From contig OX597835.1 of the NCBI GenBank assembly GCA_951406725.2, positions 13,020,001 to 13,084,000 of the forward strand: a stretch of 64,000 nt of DNA, read 5' to 3'. A model generated the notes under the pieces. It ran no database searches and was not told the DNA's origin. It was given only the letters and a program-made list of their open reading frames with translations. Source of the stretch: Octopus vulgaris. Taxonomy: Eukaryota. Position 1 is the first letter of the stretch, and each line of letters begins with the position of its first letter. Below, in pieces: positions 27,234 to 39,108 of the stretch. The position numbers and the translations under genes are program-made.

Positions 27234-27396
27234 GTATATGTGTATGTATTTATATGTATATACATAGGTGCAGGCATGAGTCCTAGAGTTAAGAAGTTTA
27301 TTTTGCAACCATATGATTTGTGGTTCAGTCCCACTGTGTGGCACCTTGGGCAAATGTCTTCTGTTTAACCCTTGGCTTACATACATACATACACAC

Positions 27397-27455
<59 letters not shown>

Positions 27456-27697
27456 CAATAGAAATACATACAATAGAAATACAAAATGGCTGACGGTTAG
27501 TAAGGAGAGACACAAATAAGAAAGAAGAAAACAAAGGACCACTGATGCGGTCAGAGGAGTGTGACGAAAGAACTCTGGCCGAAATAAGATTAAGATTAAT
27601 GTAAAAAATAAATAACACTAAAGCAAAATAACACCAAATATTAGTGCGTGTGTTTTTATTGGCTAAACTGGCAAAATGACCATTCCGAAGAATATAA

Positions 27698-27736
<39 letters not shown>

Positions 27737-28483
27737 TGAGGGTAGAAATTGATATCAATCCATTTACATCAATTTAAACCAGTGGTCTAGCTTATTAAAA
27801 AAGATTAAGATTATATTTTATATATATTTGGTTTACACAAATATTTTTGTTTACACACCAAATCCGAAGAATATAATAATTATATATATATATATAAATT
27901 ATATATATATATATATATATAAATTTTATATATATATTTATATATAAATTAGTAAAAAACCACCTTTAATGAATTCAATAATGAAAAATTAAATTACACC
28001 ATCTAGAAAATTACATATTATAGAAAGATTAAATATAAGATATACACACACACACACATACACACTGCATCCCACATTATTAGGCAAATCAACGTTCTCT
28101 CAATGAATAAATGTACATGCATTCAAAACCAGTTGTTTTCACACTGACTTTTGGTAACGCCTATCTACACACATTCTGTTAAGATAAATCGAATCTGCAC
28201 AAACACCAACAAATGCCACCCACTTTTGTGACGAGGCATCATTTTTGCTGTCACCAATTATTCGGCAAGTGTAATAAAAATGATGATTGTGTCAGAACAA
28301 ACATTTATTTGAAATTAATTGTTATCGCCATATTAATATGGCATTCTTATAGATATAAGAATAGTCGCTGCCGCTGGTCAGCTCCATGAGGCCACCGCCT
28401 TAAGATAGCTATTGATACACGATCTGTATCCATTATAACCTTCGAACAAGGGAGGTCAGCCGCTTCACACTGCCAGTCCGACA

Positions 28484-28525
28484 GCTACAGACGCGTTTCG
28501 GGGTATTGCCCCTTGTCAATGTAGC
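28484..28525 (-). ncRNA. Minimal type I hammerhead ribozyme motif, variant core
   Basis: Minus: GCTACA-TTGACAA-GGGG-CAATA-CCCC-GAAA-CGCG-TC-TGTAGC; perfect stems I and II, palindromic stem III, GUC triplet. Confidence 0.7.
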
Positions 28526-28761
28526 GCAGTCAGACTCCGCAGGTGTCGCCACTGACGTCTCTGTTCGAAGGTTTCTATTTACCTAGTTTCTATTTATAGA
28601 GACTTAGTAATTTTAATATTTCTATTATTGAAAACATTTATTTAACTCAACAGTAAAGGTTTAACAAAAAATTATTCATAAAAGACTTAATGGTAAACAT
28701 AATATGCTGGAATGCAAATAATCAAGGGTTTGTGATGTCAAAACTCCTATTGTTTGATGTA

Positions 28762-29100
28762 TTAACCTCTAGCTGTGATAACCTTTTTTATGTGCTGATC
28801 CATTGAGTTTGTCAAGGTGTTGATAACTTCCTGTGCCGTGCTTTGAACGACATCTACAATAGCATCCCAGAGGGTAACTTTACTTGAAAACTGCTGTCCA
28901 TCTTGGTAAATGCACCTTTTCAGGACACTCCACAAGTTCTCAGTTAGGTTGAAGTCAGGGGTACAAATTGTCCACTCCATCAAATGACTTCCAGAGAAGC
29001 CAATTTGCTGGAGGTATTCTTTGGAATTCTTCGCTTCATGAAACAGGGCATCAGTTTGCATGAAGACCAGCTTTCTTGTGAATGAAGGTTTTCGCTCTTG
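28762..29100 (-). pseudogene. Tc1-type DDE transposase C-terminal relic
   Basis: FMQTDALFH...MEWTICTPDFNLTENLWSVLKRCIY...LTNSMDQHIKKVITARG resembles the Tc1 WPxxSPDLNPIENLW motif. Confidence 0.8.
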
Positions 29101-29213
29101 AACCACGGTTGGAAATTGGCTTTTAAGAAGGTAACATATTTTTGATGTCATCTCAATACCAATGACCCAACCATCGGTGGCCGATGCCAGTGCCTTGTAA
29201 CTCGTACTCATGC

Positions 29214-29759
29214 TGGAAGCATGTGAAAAGCAGTCTTTGAACTTTGGGCCTCCTCAAGGCAGTGACAAGTGAGCAAGACCTTTGGCATTATATCGTGCTT
29301 GAGAAGATCTGTCAAGCCAAGTGAGATTGTAGTCATGGGCAGTGCCAGTGTGAAGTAATTGGCACCTGTGCCAGAGGCATGTAAAAAGCACCCACTGCAC
29401 TCTTGTTGTTGTTGTTAAGCAACAAGACCCGGGTAAGGGTGATTAGGTGATGGTCTAGGGCTTAGGGGCAGGATACCCAAGACCTTGGGAAAAAAAAAAC
29501 TTTGATTGTCTTGTTGTAGTCGAGGGCTCTTCGTTGACGCCCAACACCACTGGGAGGTGGCCCTCGAAGTTGCTGGAAATGGAGATCTCCAGGTCCGAAT
29601 TCTTGAACGGCCCACTACACTCTTGGAGTGATTAGTGTTAGGAAGGGCATCCAACCGTAGAAACCATGCCAAATCAGACTGGAATCTGGTGCAGGTCTAC
29701 AACTTACCAGTTTTCAGTCAAACCGTCCAACTCATGCCAGCACGGAAAACAGATGGTAA

Positions 29760-29797
<38 letters not shown>
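29214..29797 (+). mobile_element. Family R RTE-like LINE 3' end with a nested insertion
   Basis: GACCTTTGGCATTATATCGTGCTTGAGAAGA (ORF end as at 42680), then family R tail and (GAT)n. Confidence 0.7.
29406..29610 (-). mobile_element. 5'-truncated non-LTR retroelement with (CAA)n tail
   Basis: 15-bp TSD CCCACT(G/A)CACTCTTG at 29391-29405 and 29611-29625; (TTG)n at the left end. Confidence 0.75.
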
Positions 29798-30460
29798 ATA
29801 TGTATATATAAATTGCCCCCCCCTGCACCCCTGCCCGCATATAGATCTTCTACATGTTGAAGTGTGCATGTTTGTTCATGGATATAAAACTGTAACTGCA
29901 GCGTTAATTTTGAAAATTATTTAATTATGTTGTCTCAAACATGTTTCTGTGAAGATTCCGTTTGGATCGCTGACGAAGCGGTGAAGACCTAGAAACTACA
30001 CCTGACCAGCATTCCATTAATTCAATCATAATCTTCACTGCAACACGTGATGCAGTTGAATGAACACAGAACCATCTCACCAATTTTGTTTCTTCTTTTG
30101 TGCACTCTATGACCTTCGTAACTATGGCGACCCACAGAAGGAAGCTTCAAATATAAGATGAAACATCTTCGCAGCTTTCATTTTTGATGTATAAGGATGC
30201 GTATCTTGTATTTTATATTTGTACAAGTGTGTGTACATATCTAGCTATCCACCCTCTATCTATCTGTCTGTCTATCTATCTATCTATCTATCTATCAATC
30301 TGTCTATCTATCTGACATATCTGTCTGTCTGTCTGTCTATCTGTCTGTCTGTCCATCCAGTTATCCATCCATCCAATCTACATAAATGCATATGTATGTA
30401 TGTATGTATATGTATATTACTATGTATGTATATGTATGTGTATATATGTATATACTTATG

Positions 30461-30527
<67 letters not shown>

Positions 30528-30529
<2 letters not shown>

Positions 30530-30722
30530 CGCAATGGCCTAGTGGTTAGGGCAGCGGACTCGCGGTCGCAGGATCGCGGTTTCGATTCTCAGACCGGGCG
30601 TTGTGTGTGTTTATTACCTAAAAGCTCTACGAGGCTCCGGCAGGGGGTGGTGATCCCTGCTGTACTCTTTCACCACAATGGCGGTGCCCCAGCATGGCCA
30701 CAGCTCAAGAGCTGAAACTGGA
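30528..30722 (+). mobile_element. tRNA-derived SINE (family C head) with a family-A-like 3' tail
   Basis: GGCGCAATGGCCTAGTGGTTAGGGCAGCGGACTCGC...GTTTCGATTC A/B boxes; ends GGCGGTGCCCCAGCATGGCCACAGCTCAAGAGCTGAAAC. Confidence 0.75.
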
Positions 30723-31101
30723 AAAACAAAAACAAACAACAATATATATACTTATGTATATATATATATATACTCATGTATGTATATACGTATCTATGTA
30801 TACACACACACGCGCACACACACACATACATTTCATTTACTTTATAGCGAATAAAACACTTCCTAGATTAGATCAACTCACTTTCACTCGCTCCTGCTGA
30901 TGGCAACCAAAATCAACAACAACAACAACAATACCAAAATCTAACAACAACAGCAGCACCAACAACACCAATACCAAACACTTCCAAGTGCCTGACGTCT
31001 GGTTGTATATTGTTGTTAGTCTTCATTAAATTGTCTGCAGAAGCAAATATTTGTGGAAGTAGGTGTGTTACTGAGATGGCTAAATAGCGGAATCTAATGG
31101 G

Positions 31102-31201
<100 letters not shown>

Positions 31202-31360
31202 CACACACACATACATTTATATATACATGTAAGCATCCTTGTATATACACACTTCATGCATGCTCACACACAGATGCATATATGTCTGCATGTATGTTTA
31301 TCTGAATGATGACACCACTGTACACACATGTACTACATGCACACACACGCCTGCACACAT

Positions 31361-31397
<37 letters not shown>

Positions 31398-31514
31398 TTT
31401 ATATATACATGTAAACATCCTTGTATATACACACTTCAGGCATATGTGTCTGCATGTATGTTTCCATGAATGCAGACACCACTGTACATACATGTACTAC
31501 ATGCACAAACATGC

Positions 31515-31560
<46 letters not shown>

Positions 31561-31575
31561 AGTCACACATATTCA

Positions 31576-31793
31576 GGCGGCGAGCTGGCAGACTCGTTAG
31601 CACACCAGGCGAAATGCGTAGCCGTATTTCGTCTGCCGTTACGTTCTGAGTTCAAATTCCGCCGAGGTCGACTTTGCCTTTCATCCTTTCGGGGTCGATA
31701 AATTAAGTACCAGTTACGCCCTGGGGGTCGATGTAATCGACATAATCCGTTTGTCCCCTCTGTGTTTAGCCCCTTGTGGGCAGTAGTGAAATA
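31576..31793 (+). mobile_element. Family M SINE, monomer
   Basis: GGCGGCGAGCTGGCAGA head, GAGTTCAAATTCC B box, Meta-like core; TSD-like ACATATTCA on both sides. Confidence 0.85.
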
Positions 31794-31894
31794 CATATTC
31801 AGTCTCACACAAATATATTTATATACTTGCATATATGCTTGAACACACATGCTGTACTTACATGTACATATACACATGCATGCACATACACACA

Positions 31895-31930
<36 letters not shown>

Positions 31931-32419
31931 AAAGTTAAAAAAATACACAAACTGGGACAAGAACGTGAAACATTTAGAAGACGACAAAAAACACAGACGG
32001 GACTTTGAAGCTCTCAGTCATCAGTAATATATATATATATATATATATCCGTAAATATTAGAGAGCCAACTTTGGATATGTTACTCTAAGTGCTAGAAAT
32101 AGACCCACAAATTTCTAAATGTCTCAAAGAGACATGAGCGGTGGTGGAGCAATAGAGTGGTCGTATACTGTCAACTTAACGTGACAGTCCTGTAAGGGAA
32201 TCACACCACCGCTGTTTAGCCCTAGGAAGCATCGAACGCTTCCTGTCAGCTTTGACACATTTTCTGTGTCCTTATATTTGTGAAGGGGGGGAGGCAAGCA
32301 CCCCCACATGCATGTCCTCAGGTGTGAATCTTAGCTGGTAGGGGTGCTTTTATATTTTGAGAATTATTTATACTTGAACTCGGTTTTGGGAATTATCGGT
32401 TTTTTGCGAGCCCTGAATA

Positions 32420-32590
32420 TAAAAAGCACCCACTACAGTCTCGGAGTGGTTGGCGTTAAGAAGGGCATCCAGCTGTAGAAACACTGCCAGATCTGACTGG
32501 AGCCTGGTGCAGCCTCCTGGCTTCCCAGACCCCAGTTGAACCGTCCAACCCATGCTAGCATGGAAAGCGGACGTTAAACGATGATGATGA

Positions 32591-32592
<2 letters not shown>
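32420..32592 (+). mobile_element. Family R tail
   Basis: AAAAAGCACCCACTAC...CCATGCTAGCATGG...GATGATGATG. Confidence 0.75.
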
Positions 32593-32635
<43 letters not shown>

Positions 32636-32765
32636 TAAAACTGTGCACTTACTCACCTACACACACACACACATACACACACGTACATGCGTACGAAGAC
32701 CTACATACACGCGCTCATATAGATGCACTTAGATAGACGCAAGTGCACTCATACACACACATACA

Positions 32766-32797
<32 letters not shown>

Positions 32798-33389
32798 GAC
32801 ACAAGCATCCGTAGACTGAAAGAGTGTGCGAAGAAGTGCAAAAAAAAAAAAAAAAAAAACTTCAACAAACAAACAAACAAAAAACAAGCAAAATGGAGGA
32901 ATGCTAGAAACTGCCAGAGAGAGAGAGAGAGAGAGAGAGAAAGAAAGAGTGAAGCAAAGAGGCCGAGAAAAAGAAAGACAATGAGTGGGAGAGAGAGAGA
33001 GAGGGAGAGGGAGAGAGAGCCGTAATTGAGAGCTAAAGTGATATTTAGAGATGATTTATTGGTTGGTTTAAGTGAATCAAAGAGTTATTGGGTATTTCAT
33101 GTTATATTTATTGCCTTAGTGTCATTATACACCTGTACTACATGTTAGGTGTGTATATAAGTGTATATATATTTATATGTGTGTGTGTGTGTGTCTGTAT
33201 GTGTGTAGATACATATGTGTGTATATGTGTATGAGTGTCTATGTGTGTATTATATATGTGTGTATATCTATATATATATGTGTGTACACATGTATATATA
33301 TATATATATACACACACATGCACATACACAGACAGACACATACATAATACATATGGTTTTATATATATATATACACATACATACATACA

Positions 33390-33431
<42 letters not shown>

Positions 33432-33537
33432 TACACAGACAGACACATACATAATACATATATATATACACATACATATATACATACATACATATATATA
33501 TATATACATGTAACAAACATACCCATATAAGTGCCCC

Positions 33538-33605
<68 letters not shown>

Positions 33606-34585
33606 TATGAACATAGACATACGTCTGTTTAGAAAATTTTATGTATTTTGCAGTCTGAGCCGTTAAAGTGGAGGCCTTTAATTTCGTTAAACTCCAAATT
33701 GCCCTAATGAAACTTGAAATTTATGTAAATAAGGAAAACTAAAAGCTGCCGAAATGTCGATGGCCAAATTATTGTGTTGTGATCTTTGTAACCAAGGAGG
33801 CCCCTTAAACGGTGTCTGTTGTTTCCATTTTGCCATGGAAGACTATGTCTGGGTTGTTAGTTATTGTCACTCCTGGAAGCAAGTGAGGGTTGCCAACTGG
33901 AAAGGCATCCAGCTGTAAAAAAAAAAAAAGCGGACCCCCTCCACTACTGCCTCAGTCAGTGTACTCTTGTCCGACCCATGGAAGCATGGGAAAGGATGTT
34001 AAACTGTTGAGTTTGATGATGGTGATGGGGGTGATGATGATGGTGATGATGATGATATGTGGTGATGATGATGGTGATAGTGATGATAATGACATGTAGA
34101 GGTGGTGATGGGGGTGACGGGGTGATGATAATGGTGATGACGATGGCGATGATGGTGATGACGATGGCGATGATGGGAGTGATGATGATGATGGTGGTGA
34201 TGACGGTGATAATGATGGGCATGATGATGGTAATGGTGTTGATGATGATGATGGTGATGATACTGATGATATATGGTGATGATGATGGCAGTTTTCTGAA
34301 ATTGCATTTCTTCTGAATACATGGACCCAGTTTCTGTACAAAGGGCTTTTAGGGAATTCAAAAGGAGGAGGCCAAACCATGATCCCTATCTGAGACTCAG
34401 TGCTTGATAAAAAATATCTTATACTTAAATCGTAGTGAAATAGAAGCTGGGCCATGTATGCTTAAAACCCATTAGCGCCCATGGTTCTTGTTTAGGATCA
34501 GAAGAATAATCTGTCATACTTCTGCAACACTTGTATTTTTCTGAGATATCTTTAGTTAGTCATCGAGACTGGAGTGTCCTTCAAA

Positions 34586-34884
34586 TCTTTATATATAAAA
34601 TTGAAGTTGTGTGTGTGAGACTCTGTCTCCTCCGATTTAGATTCCTAACTACTCCCACATTTTGCGGTGCAGTTTAACCAAAAGCAGGTCTCTTATAGTC
34701 GTCATTCATATTGAGCCCTTCTGGGTATTAGCGCGCGTCTACGATGAGTCTACGATTTAAAAAAAAATTTACAATCATTTTTCTGCATTTTTAATGATTT
34801 TTGCTCGGGTTATATAAGGGAAGTAACTCTCTAAAAATGCTTATATAGTTATTTCCCTTACAAACCCGAGCAACGCCAGGCTAG
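34586..34884 (+). mobile_element. Non-autonomous Helitron
   Basis: A|TCTTTATATATAAAA 5' end; subterminal CCCGAGCAACGCCAGG and CTAG|T 3' end; inserted between A and T without a TSD. Confidence 0.8.
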
Positions 34885-34949
34885 TATTGTAATAAAATTG
34901 TTTTTATATATTTAGTATCAGATGCTTACTTGCTTCAGGCAGTCCATCT

Positions 34950-35385
34950 TGACAGATGATGACGTCATCTTTGATCCTTAGGAGTTGTCTTGATGGCATT
35001 GGCAGGCCCGCTCGCGGCTGAAAAGGCCAATTCTAGTGGCACATGTTTGATTACACAGAGAGCAGCAAAGAGGGCTCAGACGAAGAAGAGCTCATCTAGG
35101 ACTTTGCTGACGTTCCTTGAGCTGTCTGTGTTTTTCTTCGCAAAGTCTCGTCCGCTCATCCTCAAAATACTGTGTACCAGTTTTGACCATACCCCACCAG
35201 GTAGTACGGTCTGTGGCCAGTGTTTCAAGTTCACCAGGGGGCATGTTGCAGAGCTTCAGGGATTTCTTGAGATGATCTTTGTATCACTTCTTTGGACCTC
35301 TGTGCGGTCAGTTACCCTCTGCTAACTCCCCCAAAAGGACAATCTTGGGTATACATGCCCCACCCAGCACAGTTGACGTTTGAGG
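34950..35385 (-). pseudogene. RTE-clade LINE ORF2 C-terminal relic
   Basis: Minus: GELAEGN*PHRGPKK*YKDHLKKSLKLCNMPPGELETLATDRTTWWGMVKTG...CSLCNQTCATRIGLFS. Confidence 0.8.
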
Positions 35386-35766
35386 ATCAGATAAAGTTGT
35401 ATAAAAAAAGATTTTTGGTAATAAATCAAATAAAAAAATTTGGACACTAATGAGTTAACCTCTTCATCATCCGACACTAGATCACTTCCTCCAATGACCC
35501 CTCTCCTCTGAAAAGAGAATTTTTTTTGGTCTTGCAAGTGCTTGGTGACCCTCTCAGTGCAGGTGCCACTTAAAAGCACCCAGTCCACTCTGCTGAGTGG
35601 TTGGTGTTAGGAAGGGCATCCAGCTGTAAAAGTCCTGCCAAAACAGTTACAGAAGTCTGGTGCAGGCTTCTGCTTGGCTGGCTCTTGTGAAACGGCCCCA
35701 CCCATGCTAGTATGGAAGGCAGACATTAAATGATGGTGATGATGGTGACAATATATATATACATAT

Positions 35767-36187
35767 AGGCGCAGGAGTGGCTGTGTGGTAAGTAGCTTGC
35801 TAATCAACCTCATGGTTTCGGGTTCAGTCCCACTGCGTGGCATCTTGGGCAAGTGTCTTCTGCTATAGCCCCGGGCCGACCAATGCCTTGTGAGTGGATT
35901 TGGTAGACGGAAACTGAAAGAAGCCTGTCGTATATATGTATATATATATATATAAGTGTGTGTGTATATGTTTGTGTGTCTGTGTTTGTCCCCCTAGCAT
36001 TGCTTGACAACCGATGCTGGTGTGTTTACGTCCCCGTCACTTAGCGGTTCGGCAAAAGAGACCGATAGAATAAGTACTGGGCTTACAAAGAATAAGTCCC
36101 GGGGTCGATTTGCTCGACTAAAGGCGGTGCTCCAGCATGGCCGCAGTCCCAATGACTGAAACAAGTAAAAAAGAAAAAGAAAAGAAA
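35767..36187 (+). mobile_element. Family A SINE, full length, young subfamily
   Basis: Near-identical to 47489, 54501, 56851 and 62538 (GGCATCTTGGGC, ATAGCCCCGGGCCGACCAATGCC diagnostics). Confidence 0.9.
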
Positions 36188-36524
36188 TATATATGCAAAT
36201 ATTAAAGTGTGTGGAGGTTGGTCTACCATGCATTCTCATTTGTGTAAAACCAGTCTAGTGAAAAGCCAACCCGACATCTGAGACCTTCATAAAGGGCCAG
36301 TCCTCAAACCTGAATATGAGCTTTAAAACCTTTTATGTCACAGAATGATGAGATGAAAGGAAACATTTGTTTTAGCTTCAACCAGACAGAATTGGAAAAA
36401 TTTGTTACAAAGACTTCTCAGATTTCAAGACTAGTTATTAAAAAAAAAAAAATTCTAAAGACAGCATTGGAAATGTATATTGAACATTAATATTGTAAAG
36501 AATACTTTTCTTGAAGGCATTACA

Positions 36525-36566
<42 letters not shown>

Positions 36567-36720
36567 ACATGTATTTATGTATGTATGTAGATACATATAT
36601 GCATAAATTACTACAGTAAAGAATATTTTTCGTGAAGAGATTGTAATATTATCATTATCATCATTATTTAATGAATGTCTTCCATGCTGGCGTGAGTGGG
36701 ACAATATATATACCGTAAAA

Positions 36721-36952
36721 AGGCAGCGAGCTGGCAGAAACGTTAGCACGCCGGGTGAAATGCGTAGCCGTATTTCGTCTGCCGTTACGTTCTGGGTTCA
36801 AATTCCGCCGAGGTCGACTTTGCCTTTCATCCTTTCGGGATCGATAAATTAAGTACCAGTTACGCACTGGGGTCGATGTAATCGACTTAATCCGTTTGTC
36901 TGTCCTTGTTTGTCCCCTCTGTGTTTAGCCCCTTGGGGGTAGTAAAGAAATA
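36721..36952 (+). mobile_element. Family M SINE, monomer
   Basis: Head through to TAGCCCCTTG...AAAGAAATA tail; TSD-like AATATATATACCGTAA on both sides. Confidence 0.85.
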
Positions 36953-37229
36953 TAAATATATATACCGTAATATGTATCTAAATAGACAAATGTTGAGGTA
37001 GTTTGGCCACATGGAGAGGATGGATGAGGAGTTGATGGTAAAGATGAAGGCAGAAGTGGTAGGCAGCAGAATCAGAGGCAGACCTCGGTTTGTGTGGATG
37101 GACAGAGTGAGCCGAAACTGCAAAGATAATCTGGAACTCAACTGAGGAAAGAAAACTCCGAATGACCCGTCCTTGTTCTGTCTTGCCCCTTTTTTGTATC
37201 ATCTGTCTGGATGTTTTGTTGTCCCCTGT

Positions 37230-37417
37230 ATTCCTTGCGGATCCGTGGAACAAGCTGCCAGACGAGATGGTGAAGATGCCGACGACCGCTTGTTCAAAGT
37301 CTCCCTTGACCTCAAGTGGCCTGAACTCTTTACATGAACACCACCCTGTACATAACTCCATGTCCCCCTACATGACCTTGCTTTTTGCTTTTTGAGCCAA
37401 AAATTAACTAACTAACA
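37230..37417 (+). mobile_element. CR1/L2-group LINE 3' end
   Basis: ADPWNKLPDEMVKMPT (WNxLP motif), short 3' UTR and (CTAA)n tail. Confidence 0.65.
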
Positions 37418-37439
37418 TATATATATATATACATATATA

Positions 37440-37487
<48 letters not shown>

Positions 37488-37927
37488 ATGTATTTGTGTA
37501 TCTGTGTTTGTGCCCCCACCATCACTTGACAACCGATGTCCCTGTGACTTAGCGGTTCAGCTAAAGAGCTTAATAGAATAAGTACTAGGCTTACAAAGAA
37601 TAAGTCCTGGGGTCGATTTCTTTGACTTAAGGCGGTGCTCCAGCATGGCTGCAGTCAAATGACTGAAATAACTATATGAATAAAAAAAATTAAATATATG
37701 ACTTATGTATAAATACCAAAACAGTTACTATCCATGTAATTGAGGGCTCAATTGATGACACCTCATTAAACTCCTTACTGTCGAGGATAAGACAACCCCT
37801 CTAATGCTGGTGCCACTGTTAAATGCACCCAATACATTCTGTAAAGTGTTTGGCCATAAGGATAATCACCATAGAGATCATGTCTTCTAATGAAAGAAGT
37901 GACCAAACCTTATTTGGTCACTTTCTG

Positions 37928-38252
37928 TGAGCGTATAGCTCAGTGGTTAGAGTGTTGGGCTTACAATCATGAGGTAGACAGTTAGATTCCTGGACTGGGC
38001 TGTATGTTGCGTTCTTGAGCAAGACACTTTATTTCACATTGCTCCAGTTCTCTCAGCTCTAGAGATGAGTTGCGATGTCACTGGTGCCAAGCTGTATTGT
38101 CCCCCTTTGACAACATCGGTGGCAGGAAGATGGGAAGCTGGTATGTGAGGGCGATTGCTGGTCTACCGTAAACAACCTTGCCCTGACTTGTGCCTCGGAG
38201 GGTAACTTTCCAGGTGCAACCCCATGATCATTCATGACCGAAGAGGGTCTTT
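37928..38252 (+). mobile_element. tRNA-derived CORE-like SINE (family B), full length
   Basis: TAGCTCAGTGGTTAGAG A box, GTTAGATTCC B box, TTCTTGAGCAAGACACTTTATTTCAC core. Confidence 0.8.
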
Positions 38253-38419
38253 ATCCTATCTTAACCTATGATCCTTTTAGCCGACCCTTGCATTTTCTAA
38301 CAACACTGTTCAATTTCCTCTCTGTGCCAAAGCACTGGCCATTTTTAATTTCATATAGAAGACATGTCCATCTTAAAAAGCTGGTTTACATATTTATTCT
38401 AGTCACTTCTTTTGCGTCT

Positions 38420-38550
38420 AAATGCATTTTATTCCAATAGTTTCTTTCTTCAGACTTCTGCTCTTTGGAACTCACCACCATTGTCTTGCTTTCCTCTGGT
38501 TTATGATATTCAGTTCTTTGAACTTTCTGCCATTCAGCATCTTTTAAATT
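38420..38550 (+). pseudogene. CR1/Crack-like LINE ORF2 C-terminal relic
   Basis: FYSNSFFLQTSALWNSPPLSCFPLVYDIQFFELSAIQHL resembles the SFFPRTxxLWNSLP...YDL terminus. Confidence 0.55.
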
Positions 38551-38722
38551 TGTTGGCTCCGTCTTTCCCTCCTTTGTAGTCCCTCATGGTACGTTGGCCT
38601 CAAACCTTGTTTGTGACAAAATTGCATAATAAGAAAGAATTTCCATATGATGGGGGTGGGCGAAAATTAGATATTAGCAACAGAAACACTATTAGCACCG
38701 AACGGCAAGGTTTTATATCCTA

Positions 38723-39108
38723 CTAGCAGTATCGCCCGGCGTTGCTCAGGTTTGTAAGGGAAATAACTATAAAGCATTTTTAGAGAGTTATAGCCAAAAA
38801 ATAGCAAAAAAATGGAAAAAAATGATGGTAAATTTTTTTTTGAGATTTAAAAAAGGTGGAGTTGCGTCCCCTAGACAGTTTGTGGTTCGTGTTTCTGATT
38901 CTCGACCCCATGTCGAATTTATCGATTTTTTCAGAACTGGGGGAAGTTTTCAAAATTTTCGCTGCGTTAGTTTTGAATTATGACATTGGGCTATGTGTGT
39001 GTGTCAAGTTTCATCAGAATCGGTTGAAAGCCGTGGTCAGGGTGAGGGTACAAGCAAACAGACACACAGAAACACGCACAGACAAACTGCCGTTTATATA
39101 GAGAGAGA
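38723..39108 (-). mobile_element. Non-autonomous Helitron
   Basis: Minus: A|TCTCTCTCTATATAAA...CCTGAGCAACGCCGGGCGATACTGCTAG|T; last ~70 bp shared with 34586-34884. Confidence 0.8.

Larger units (their letters stand above)
28061..29140 (-). mobile_element. Tc1-like (IR/DR-type) transposon 3' part, interrupted by a PLE fragment
   Basis: Terminal direct repeats ATTATTAGGCAAAT (28076) and ATTATTCGGCAAGT (28257); transposase relic at 28762-29100. Confidence 0.6.

Noticed and set aside
30528-30600. Functional tRNA gene (also heads at 37928 and 55465)
   Set aside because: No complete acceptor stem or terminator; continues into a SINE body
32648-32660. Strong minus-strand splice donor AG|GTGAGTAAG near a GA-rich region
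   Set aside because: The upstream 'exon' is mostly (TG)n; a lone donor match is expected by chance
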